This document shows, in pieces, positions 11,528 through 19,292 of a stretch of DNA of 64,000 nucleotides; the stretch's first letter is position 1, and each line of letters begins with the position of its first letter. This stretch comes from Alkalispirochaeta sp. (GTDB lineage Bacteria > Spirochaetota > Spirochaetia > DSM-27196 > Alkalispirochaetaceae). Location of the stretch: assembly GCA_965242725.1 (NCBI GenBank), contig CBDESZ010000001.1, positions 58,680 to 122,679 of the forward strand. The letters are read 5' to 3'. Below the pieces are notes generated by a model. The model was not told where the DNA came from, did no database searches, and was given only the letters and a program-made list of their open reading frames with translations. The position numbers and the translations under genes were made by a program.

Positions 11528-12384
11528 GAGGAGAATTTCCCGGCGAGCCGCCGATATACCGTCGGCCGAACAAGTTCCAGTGGCAGATCCATATCAAACA
11601 GCGCTTCCGAGTGTCCCACAAAGAGGTATCCGCCGGGGCGAATTGTCTCGACTACCTGAGTGACCACGTCCACCTTCTCTTCCCGGTCGAAATAGATAAT
11701 GACGTTGCGAAGAAAGACAATGTCGAATGTACCGGGCCGGCCCCCCCGCGTCTGTAAAAGGTTGTGCCGGCGGAACGTGATGGAACCCCGGATTTCGGGT
11801 GTAACCCTGAACATCCCGTCATACGTCCCTTTTCCCCGTCGAAGGTATCGCCTGCGAAAGGTGTCGGGGATCGGTGCAACCCGCTCCTCCGGGTAGATCC
11901 CTTCCCGAGCCGCATTCAGAACACGTCCCGACAAATCGGTCCCGAGAATCTCGACATCAAAATCGGAACGGTTCCGACGGTAATCGTCCAGAACCATCGC
12001 AATGGTATAAGGCTCTTCGCCGGTGGAACACGCCGCACTCCACACATTCAGCTTCCGTCGCGGAGCCGGTCCGGGGGTATGGAACATTCCGGGCAGGATG
12101 AGATCGGTGAGAACACGAAAATGCTCGGGCTCCCGGAAGAAATCGGTCTTGTTCGTCGTGATGACGTCTATCATTTCCGACAGCTCGTTCCGTATCCCGT
12201 CACTGGAAAAGAGATATTCGACGTAGTCACCGTGAGTGGTACGGCCCGTCGTTGCGAGCCGCTTACGAAGCCGGAGTTCCACCATCACCCGTTTTGCATC
12301 GACTAGATTGATCCCCGACCGTTCTTTTACCAGGCTACGTACCCGTCTGAAATCATCGTCGGAGAGATGGGAACGTCCCGTCAT
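11524..12384 (-). CDS. cheR: Chemotaxis methyltransferase CheR
   Basis: '[10 protein letters not shown]', '[12 protein letters not shown]', '[10 protein letters not shown]', 'GHSE'. Confidence 0.96.
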   Translation of the reverse strand: MTGRSHLSDDDFRRVRSLVKERSGINLVDAKRVMVELRLRKRLATTGRTTHGDYVEYLFSSDGIRNELSEMIDVITTNKTDFFREPEHFRVLTDLILPGMFHTPGPAPRRKLNVWSAACSTGEEPYTIAMVLDDYRRNRSDFDVEILGTDLSGRVLNAAREGIYPEERVAPIPDTFRRRYLRRGKGTYDGMFRVTPEIRGSITFRRHNLLQTRGGRPGTFDIVFLRNVIIYFDREEKVDVVTQVVETIRPGGYLFVGHSEALFDMDLPLELVRPTVYRRLAGKFSS

Positions 12385-14318
12385 ACAGCCTCCACCGTCG
12401 TTTCCCGTTGACCCGTTTCAATGTCCGCAAGCAGTTTCGGCAGATCCAGAATCAGCGCGACGGAACCGTCACCGAGAATCGTGGCGCCCGAAACACCTTC
12501 GACCCGCTCCGGCAGCGCCCCGAGCGATTTGATCACCGTCTGCTGCCGTCCCTTCACCTCCGAGACGAGAAGACCGATGATCGTGCCGTCCCAGTGAACG
12601 ATCACCACATGTCCCCTGCCCGCTGTGTCGGAACAGCCGTCAAACAGGTTCTGCAGGTTCACCACCGGGAGACGTGCTCCCCGGACGTCCATGAGCTGAA
12701 GGGGACCGCCATGACCGGTCCGCGCTGGTCGGTACTCGATGAGTTCCCGGACCGCACCAAGTGGCAGGACGTAATGCTGGTCACCGACGCGAACAAGCAG
12801 ACCGTCAATTATCGCCAGCGTAAGGGGAAGTCGCAGCGAAATTGTCGTACCCGCACCGATATCGCTCGCAACCTCTATTTCTCCCCCCAGTGTGTTGATT
12901 GTCTGGCGAACGACATCCATGCCCACCCCGCGACCCGACACGCCCGTCACCTCCGTGGCGGTAGAGAAGCCGGGGGCAAAAATCAGTTCACGGATCTGTG
13001 CGTCTGAAAGGTGGGAATCGGTGTCTATGACACCCCGCTCGACGGCACGATTCCGGATCGCAACCGGATCAAGCCCTCGTCCGTCGTCGGAAACGGAAAT
13101 CACCACCGTCGCACCCTCGTGGACCGCACGGAGTGCAATCGTACCGATCGGATCCTTGCCGGTGTCGTGTCGTTCCGACGCATCTTCAATCCCGTGGTCG
13201 ATGGCATTTCTGATGAGGTGCATCAGGGGATCACCGAGGCGTTCAATAACCGTTTTATCGAGCTCGGTTTCGACACCTTCGGTTGTCAGACGAATCTCCT
13301 TCCCCAGCCGGGACGAGAGATCGTGAATGAGTCGCCTGAGCCGGGTAAAGGTATTCCGAATCGGGACCATCCGCAGCCCCATCGCCGTATCACGCAGTTC
13401 TCCGGTGAGACGTTCAATTTCCTCGGAGATGGCCGTAAAGGCGGCATCACCGTTTTCAATGACGTGATCGCTGAGTCGCGCCTGAACGGTGACAAGTTCC
13501 CCGATCAGATCCACAAGTGAGTCAAGACGCTGGGAAGGCACCCGAATCGTCCGGGAGGCATCCTCCCCTGCCGCCGGTATATCTGATGACGGCACACCCG
13601 ACGCCGGTCCATCCGACGCCGGTCGGGTCTCCTCAATCGAAATCTCCGATGATTCGGCGACAAACTCAAAGACACCTGCTATCTCTTCCCGCGGTGCCGC
13701 CGTTTCTATTTCAATACGCCACGAGAGATAGCACAGGTCGGGAACGATGGTGTCCAGATCGGGAACCCGACTGGTATCGGCGACGATACGACAGGTGCCC
13801 AGAGACCTCAGTTCATCCAGGAGCATCACCGGATCGGTCCCCCGTTTCATGAGATCCGGCGGCGGAGAAAAGCTGATGCGGTAGCGCTTTTTCTCCGGTT
13901 TTTCCTCGGGCTTCGGGGTATCCGGAGAGTCGATCAGGCGGTGAAACTGATCGAGAATAGCTGCGGTGGCTGCCTCCCTGACAACGGGTTGCGAGCCCTC
14001 CCGGCCGATCATAATGCGAAGCTCATCCTTCGCCTGCAGGGTAAGAGCGATGACCTCCCCGGAGAGTGTCATCCTCCCCTTCCGTACCCGGTCAAATACG
14101 GTTTCTATCTCATGAACAAAGGTGCTCATCTCATCGTAACCGAACATGGAACCTGAACCTTTAATGGAATGGAGAGCCCGGAACGACCGGTTGACGAGCT
14201 CAGGGTCGTCAGGGCGACCTTTCAGGTCAAGAAGCGCCGATTCAAGATCATCAAGGTGCTCTATCGCCTCGGCGACAAAGGCCTCCCGGAGAGCAGCCAT
14301 CTGCATGTCATTCAGCAT
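12381..14318 (-). CDS. cheA: Chemotaxis histidine kinase CheA
   Basis: Hpt 'FRALHSIKG', P2-like region, 'HLIRNAIDHGIE', 'DDGRG', 'SGRGVGMDVV', C-terminal CheW domain. Confidence 0.96.
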   Translation of the reverse strand: MLNDMQMAALREAFVAEAIEHLDDLESALLDLKGRPDDPELVNRSFRALHSIKGSGSMFGYDEMSTFVHEIETVFDRVRKGRMTLSGEVIALTLQAKDELRIMIGREGSQPVVREAATAAILDQFHRLIDSPDTPKPEEKPEKKRYRISFSPPPDLMKRGTDPVMLLDELRSLGTCRIVADTSRVPDLDTIVPDLCYLSWRIEIETAAPREEIAGVFEFVAESSEISIEETRPASDGPASGVPSSDIPAAGEDASRTIRVPSQRLDSLVDLIGELVTVQARLSDHVIENGDAAFTAISEEIERLTGELRDTAMGLRMVPIRNTFTRLRRLIHDLSSRLGKEIRLTTEGVETELDKTVIERLGDPLMHLIRNAIDHGIEDASERHDTGKDPIGTIALRAVHEGATVVISVSDDGRGLDPVAIRNRAVERGVIDTDSHLSDAQIRELIFAPGFSTATEVTGVSGRGVGMDVVRQTINTLGGEIEVASDIGAGTTISLRLPLTLAIIDGLLVRVGDQHYVLPLGAVRELIEYRPARTGHGGPLQLMDVRGARLPVVNLQNLFDGCSDTAGRGHVVIVHWDGTIIGLLVSEVKGRQQTVIKSLGALPERVEGVSGATILGDGSVALILDLPKLLADIETGQRETTVEAV

Positions 14319-14658
14319 CGTCAGGCCTCACTTCCCCGTTTCCGATCGCGAGTCCCGCCCGCTTCAGCCAGTGGGAGATTTTTTCCGGCGGGTCTGCCAC
14401 TACGATGCGTCCTTCATTGCCTCCCCGGGTAGCGCGGCACGCCGCAATTAATAGCTGCACACCGGCGACGTCTATCGTCTCTTCACCTCCGAAATCTATG
14501 GTGGTGGCTGCAGCAGATGAGCGGCCCTGCAGGAGCGTTCTCCTCAGTCCCTCGGCGTTCCAAATCGTCAAATTACCGGCAACGACACGCCGTACCTCTC
14601 CGTCTCTTCCATTCGTTGTATGAAACCCCGTTGCGGGGACGTCGCTGTTCCTCGTCAT
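14308..14658 (-). CDS. STAS-domain protein
   Basis: 'GNLTIWNAEGLRRTL...IDFGGEETIDVAGVQLL' resembles chemotaxis-associated STAS; overlaps cheA start. Confidence 0.75.
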   Translation of the reverse strand: MTRNSDVPATGFHTTNGRDGEVRRVVAGNLTIWNAEGLRRTLLQGRSSAAATTIDFGGEETIDVAGVQLLIAACRATRGGNEGRIVVADPPEKISHWLKRAGLAIGNGEVRPDDAE

Positions 14659-14670
14659 ATGTCCAGGCGA

Positions 14671-14686
14671 AGCAATTGCCGTGCCA
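14671..14686 (-). promoter_or_regulatory. Sigma54 -24/-12 promoter for STAS-cheA-cheR-cheB
   Basis: TGGCACGGCAATTGCT, consensus match. Confidence 0.85.
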
Positions 14687-14755
14687 GTTACTACCGGAGG
14701 AGGTATTTCGTTATAGAACAGTGATTAGGTGAGGGAGGTGAAATGCAGCGCCGCC

Positions 14756-14769
14756 GGGACAAAAGTCCC
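14756..14769. promoter_or_regulatory. Candidate enhancer (UAS) palindrome, copy 2
   Basis: GGGACAAAAGTCCC, 13/14 identical to 10431-10444; about -96 to -109. Confidence 0.65.
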
Positions 14770-14798
14770 TTCAGTTGAATCGGCGTTGCCGAATGTCC

Positions 14799-16223
14799 TC
14801 ATCTATTGCCGTCACGGCGGTTCAGTCGTTTGTTCAGGGCGCTCCGGGTCATTCCCAGCAATGCCGCTGCTGTTGTCTGATTTCCGTCTGCGCGCCGGAG
14901 GGCTTCCTCTATGAGATCATCAACGGCGCTCTTCAGTGTCGGGAGGGTTCCCAGATCGGAAAAGAGGTCGTCGGCCCCATGCTGTCCACCGGCTCCGGAC
15001 GGTATCATCACCGGACTCCCGGAAACGGCACCGTCACTGATCGCACCGGCGGTGAGCGTTCCCGTCCGGTCCCGGACTACGGCATCAAGAATCATTCCTT
15101 CAAGTTCCCGGACGTTGCCGGGATAATCGTAGCGCATCAGCGTGGAGATAAACCCGCGGGACACATCGGGAAGGGGTTTTCCTGTCTCACTCACCGCGTG
15201 CCGGAGAAACAGGTTCACCAGAAGTGGTATATCTCCACGTCGTTCCCGGAGTGGCGGAATACGGACCATATGTGAACGCAAGCGATACCAGAGGTCGTGG
15301 CGAAACTCTCCCGTCTCGACACGTTCCGGCAAGTCACGATTGGTGGCAAAGACAAATCTCGCGTCGGTCCGGACAACGTTGTCACTTCCAAGGGGATAGT
15401 ACTCCCGTTGCTGGATGAGCCGGAGGAGCTTAATCTGGGACTCCGGAGAAAGATCACCGATTTCATCGAGAAAGAGCGTTCCCTTGACCGCCTTTCCGAT
15501 GACACCTTTGCGATCAGTGGTGGATCCGGTATAGGCACCCTTCACGTGACCGAAAAGGGTATCCGAAAAGAGCTGATCGTCCAGTCCCGCCGTATTGACC
15601 GTCACCAGCTCGCCGGTACGTCCGCTCGCCCGGTGGATGGCCGTAGCGATCAGTTCCTTTCCCGTTCCCGTTTCTCCCGTGATGAGGACGGGGAGAGATG
15701 TGGGAGCGATCGCCTCGATATATCCAAAGATTGAATACATGACCTCGTCATGTGTGGTGATATGCTCGAAAGCGTCCGGCCGTTCCAGCGTCGGATTGAG
15801 GAGATGCCGCCGGAGGGCGGCGTTCTCCCGCTGCATCTCAAAGTTCTCGATTGCCCGACGAAGGGTCGTCACGAGCCTGTTTGAATCGACGGGCTTCACG
15901 ATGTAGTCAAACACGCCCTTCCGCATCAATTCGACCGCCGTTTCGACATCACTCGTACTGGTGACGACTACCACCGGCGTATCGGGCAGTTGTTCCTGTA
16001 CGATACCGAGAAGTTCAACGCCTCCGATGCCGGGCATGACGAGATCAAGTGTTACCGCCGAAAAACGTGTCGTACTGACGAGAGATGCAGCGCTTGTACT
16101 TTCACTGCAGGTCACCACGTTGGTGATGCCTCCCAGCTCCAGTGCGATTTCCACCGCCGAGAGAATGGCCGGTTCATCGTCGACGACGAGAACAGGATCG
16201 GCAGGGTATCCTGAGTCACTCAT
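14799..16223 (-). CDS. NtrC-family sigma54-dependent response regulator (REC-AAA+-Fis HTH)
   Basis: 'VVDDE', 'TLDLVMP', 'GETGTGKE', 'LFGHVKGAYTGS', 'LFLDEIG', 'YPGNVREL', 'GNQTTAAALLGM'. Confidence 0.95.
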   Translation of the reverse strand: MSDSGYPADPVLVVDDEPAILSAVEIALELGGITNVVTCSESTSAASLVSTTRFSAVTLDLVMPGIGGVELLGIVQEQLPDTPVVVVTSTSDVETAVELMRKGVFDYIVKPVDSNRLVTTLRRAIENFEMQRENAALRRHLLNPTLERPDAFEHITTHDEVMYSIFGYIEAIAPTSLPVLITGETGTGKELIATAIHRASGRTGELVTVNTAGLDDQLFSDTLFGHVKGAYTGSTTDRKGVIGKAVKGTLFLDEIGDLSPESQIKLLRLIQQREYYPLGSDNVVRTDARFVFATNRDLPERVETGEFRHDLWYRLRSHMVRIPPLRERRGDIPLLVNLFLRHAVSETGKPLPDVSRGFISTLMRYDYPGNVRELEGMILDAVVRDRTGTLTAGAISDGAVSGSPVMIPSGAGGQHGADDLFSDLGTLPTLKSAVDDLIEEALRRADGNQTTAAALLGMTRSALNKRLNRRDGNR

Positions 16224-17859
16224 CACCGGCCTCGACTATCGGAAAGCGCACAGTTGCCACCGTTCCTGCACCGGGAACGCTATCGAAAGAGAGTGAACCG
16301 TTATAATCGGACACGATCCGTTGGGTCACGGCGAGTCCGAGTCCCGTTCCGCCTTCACCCCGACGGGTCGTAAAAAACGGATCGGTGCTGTGAAGGACAA
16401 CATCTTTACTCATACCCTTTCCTTCGTCCTCAACCCGAATTTCCGCCCATTTTGCGTCCCGGTTCAATCCGACGAAGACCGCAATACGCTGGCTGCGGTC
16501 GGTCAGGGCGAGACAGGCGTTGGTGATCAGATTCATACATACCTGCTCAAGGCGATGCTTCTCACCCACGACGAGCACCGGCCCGTCGTGGAGGGTCGTC
16601 ACAAAGTTGGATGTGTAGTGGCGGATCGTTGATCCGACAATGGAGAGTGCGGTCTCCATGGCGCTCCGTACATCGGTAACCATCCGTTTCCCGGTATTGC
16701 CTGTTTTTGCATAGTCCGTCAGGTCCCGCACGAGAGCGGCAATTCGATCAGCGCCCTCACTGATCCCCTCCATGGCGGTGCCCACCATTCCCCTGGCACG
16801 ATGAAAGGGGATTCCCCCGAGGGAGACGGCCCTGCCCTTTCCGGAAATCTCCTCGAGCACTCTCTCAGCGTCCCGCCAGAAGTTACGCATACTGTCGATA
16901 TTCATGCGAATGTAATTGTTGGGGTTGTTGATCTCGTGGGCAACGCCTGACAGCAGAGTACCCATCGTCGCAAGTTTTGCCGCCTGGTAGAGTTCCTCCC
17001 GCTGCACACGCTCCCGGTCCTCGACGGCACGCTGTTCCGTCACGTCCATCAGCTCAATCGTAACAGATTCGACATGTCCACGTAAAAAAACACGATGCCG
17101 GCGCCCCTCCCGGGCATAGAAGGAACGTCTCGTTCCCTCACGCGAAATAAACTGGAACTCCGCCGCAGGAACGGAGTTTCCCTCGAGAATGATTTGCCAG
17201 CGCTCCTTAAATATTCCTGCAAATTCCGGGGCGAGAAGGTCGTCCAGTATTCTGCCGACAATCTCGTCAACTCCGAACCCGAGGGATTCGACGACGGTGG
17301 CATTGATCTCCAGGATGGTCCGATCGGGTGCAAGTGTAAAGATCGCCGCAGGACTGTAGGTGAAGAGCTCGTGGTATCGCTCCTCAGAGCGGGCCAGCGA
17401 CTCCGCCGCGCGTATTCGGTCGCTGGCGTCGCGACATGTGAGGATGACCCCTTCAACCATCGGATCATGAAAACAGCGTGAGACCCTTGCCTCCAGATTG
17501 CGCCAGGATCCGTCGGCATGACGCATCCGGAGCATGATCGGCGAATCGTCGGGGGTCATCGTTTCCCCGGCCACGACGCGTTCCCAGAAGTCCGCGTAAT
17601 CTTCGTGAAGATACTGGTCAAAGAGAAAACCGACCCGTTCCCCGTGGTCGTACCCGAGAATGGACGTCACCGCAGGGTTTTCATACGTTATGTGGCCATC
17701 GGAACCGACAACCGTTACAAGGTCCTTCAGGTACCCGAGAAGGGAGGCACACACATCGTCTTCAGGAAAGACCAGGGGCGCATGTCCGGCGGTGTCTCCT
17801 GGTCGATCAGGTGCCGATGAATGGATGTGGGAATCGGATTTTCCATCGTTCCGGGCCAT
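16216..17859 (-). CDS. Cytoplasmic PAS-PAS sensor histidine kinase (NtrB-like)
   Basis: Two PAS domains, 'AHEINNP', 'NLITNA', 'DEGKG', 'PFFTTR..GGTGLGL'; no TM helix seen. Confidence 0.93.
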   Translation of the reverse strand: MARNDGKSDSHIHSSAPDRPGDTAGHAPLVFPEDDVCASLLGYLKDLVTVVGSDGHITYENPAVTSILGYDHGERVGFLFDQYLHEDYADFWERVVAGETMTPDDSPIMLRMRHADGSWRNLEARVSRCFHDPMVEGVILTCRDASDRIRAAESLARSEERYHELFTYSPAAIFTLAPDRTILEINATVVESLGFGVDEIVGRILDDLLAPEFAGIFKERWQIILEGNSVPAAEFQFISREGTRRSFYAREGRRHRVFLRGHVESVTIELMDVTEQRAVEDRERVQREELYQAAKLATMGTLLSGVAHEINNPNNYIRMNIDSMRNFWRDAERVLEEISGKGRAVSLGGIPFHRARGMVGTAMEGISEGADRIAALVRDLTDYAKTGNTGKRMVTDVRSAMETALSIVGSTIRHYTSNFVTTLHDGPVLVVGEKHRLEQVCMNLITNACLALTDRSQRIAVFVGLNRDAKWAEIRVEDEGKGMSKDVVLHSTDPFFTTRRGEGGTGLGLAVTQRIVSDYNGSLSFDSVPGAGTVATVRFPIVEAGDE

Positions 17860-17886
17860 TTCAAATACCGTCTGCTTCCCTGCCGC

Positions 17887-19101
17887 CTACCTCGTCCCGA
17901 CGCGCTCCAGCTCCCGGGAAATCACCTCACCCAGGGTGCCGACGGCCTCACCGATCGTCTTTTCATCAACCATGGTGAAATTCAGCCTCATCGTCGATAC
18001 GCCGTCGGCGGGGTCGGTAAAGAAAAACCGGCCCGGAACGTAGGCAACTCCGGCATCGATGGCCCGTTGGTACATCTCAACGGCGTCCAGCTCCGGCGGT
18101 CCTTCGGCCCAGATAAACATGCCCCCCTCCGGCTCCGACCACCGCATCGGCGAGGGAAAGGATCGCTTCAGGGCGGCCAGCATCGCCTCCTGCCGGGGGC
18201 GATAGAGGGCGATAATTTCCGGAAGATGCCGGCTGAGTGCGCCCGACTCGAGATACGCCGCAGTCAGCGCCTGATTGAAGGTGCTTGTGTGAAGGTCCAC
18301 ACCCTGTTTGGCCGTGACCAGCCACCGCCGGATCAGCTTCGGCGCAACGACAAAGCCGACGCGCAGGCCCGGCGCAAAGATCTTGGAAACGGTACCGGTG
18401 TAGACGACGTGGTCCGGTGCCAGCGACTTCATCGACGGCGGTGCGCTCCCGCGATAGCGGAGATCGCCGTAGGGATCATCTTCCACCAGAAGCACGTTGT
18501 AACGCACGGCGATCTCCGCGATCTGCCGGCGCCGCCCGGCGTCGATGGTGCGGCCCGTGGGATTCTGAAAGGTGGGTGTCAAATAGACAAACTTCACCGC
18601 CGTCGTGCGGACCACCTCTTCAAGCGCATCGGGAATCACTCCGCCGTCGTCGGTCTCAATCTTCACGTATCGCGGTTCATAGGGATTGAAGGCCGAGAGC
18701 GCGCCGAGGTAGGTGGGAGCTTCCACGGCAACGGCGTCGCCGGAAGAAATGAGAATCTGTCCCAGCGTCGACAGCGCCCCCTGGGAACCGGTGGTCACGA
18801 TGACCGTATCGGCGTCGGTGGAAATCCCCTTTGCCGCGAGGTACGGAACCAGCTGCTCCCGGAGCGGCATGAACCCTTCGGTCAGATCATATTGAAACGC
18901 CCCGGAACCGTACCGGCCCATCACCTTTGCGGTGAGCTCCTCAATGATCTCCATGGGAAATGATTCCGGCGCGGGAATCCCGCCCGCAAGGGACCGCATA
19001 CCCGGCTGACCTACCACTTTCAGGATTTCCCGTATGGCGTTGGCGCCCATTCCGCGAGTCCGCGTGGCCAGAAGATGTGAAAACGCTCCTGAATCCTTCA
19101 T
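17887..19101 (-). CDS. PLP-dependent class I aminotransferase (LysN/MocR catalytic-domain type)
   Basis: 'SLAGGIP', 'TTGSQGAL', 'EAPTYLGA', 'PTFQNPTG', 'EDDPY', 'TVSKIFAPGLRVG'. Confidence 0.93.
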   Translation of the reverse strand: MKDSGAFSHLLATRTRGMGANAIREILKVVGQPGMRSLAGGIPAPESFPMEIIEELTAKVMGRYGSGAFQYDLTEGFMPLREQLVPYLAAKGISTDADTVIVTTGSQGALSTLGQILISSGDAVAVEAPTYLGALSAFNPYEPRYVKIETDDGGVIPDALEEVVRTTAVKFVYLTPTFQNPTGRTIDAGRRRQIAEIAVRYNVLLVEDDPYGDLRYRGSAPPSMKSLAPDHVVYTGTVSKIFAPGLRVGFVVAPKLIRRWLVTAKQGVDLHTSTFNQALTAAYLESGALSRHLPEIIALYRPRQEAMLAALKRSFPSPMRWSEPEGGMFIWAEGPPELDAVEMYQRAIDAGVAYVPGRFFFTDPADGVSTMRLNFTMVDEKTIGEAVGTLGEVISRELERVGTR

Positions 19102-19107
19102 TGTGGA

Positions 19108-19136
19108 ATCATAGGGGAAGGAATCTGTCGGTGCAA
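19108..19136 (-). promoter_or_regulatory. Sigma70 promoter placing +1 at the ATG (leaderless)
   Basis: TTGCAC-17-TATGAT-6 nt-ATG(19101); no SD. Confidence 0.65.
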
Positions 19137-19163
19137 GATCGAATATTTCGCGGTGTATAGATA

Positions 19164-19276
19164 CGTGTTGCACCTTGACGATTTGTCATCACCCGGAAAG
19201 GAGTTAGGGGATCAACGTCCCCCGGTCGACGATAACTCCCTCCTGCAGTGAACATTGCACCCCTCGGTGCAACACG
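19164..19276. other. 113-bp multi-stem element closed by an 11-bp perfect inverted repeat
   Basis: CGTGTTGCACC...GGTGCAACACG with nested GGAGTTA/TAACTCC and GGGGA/TCCCC. Confidence 0.5.
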
Positions 19277-19292
19277 ATTGTGGATACTACAG

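Noticed and set aside
19188..19210. CCCGGAAAGGAG resembling SRP RNA domain IV
   Set aside because: Lacks the conserved CAGG and AGCAG internal-loop strands
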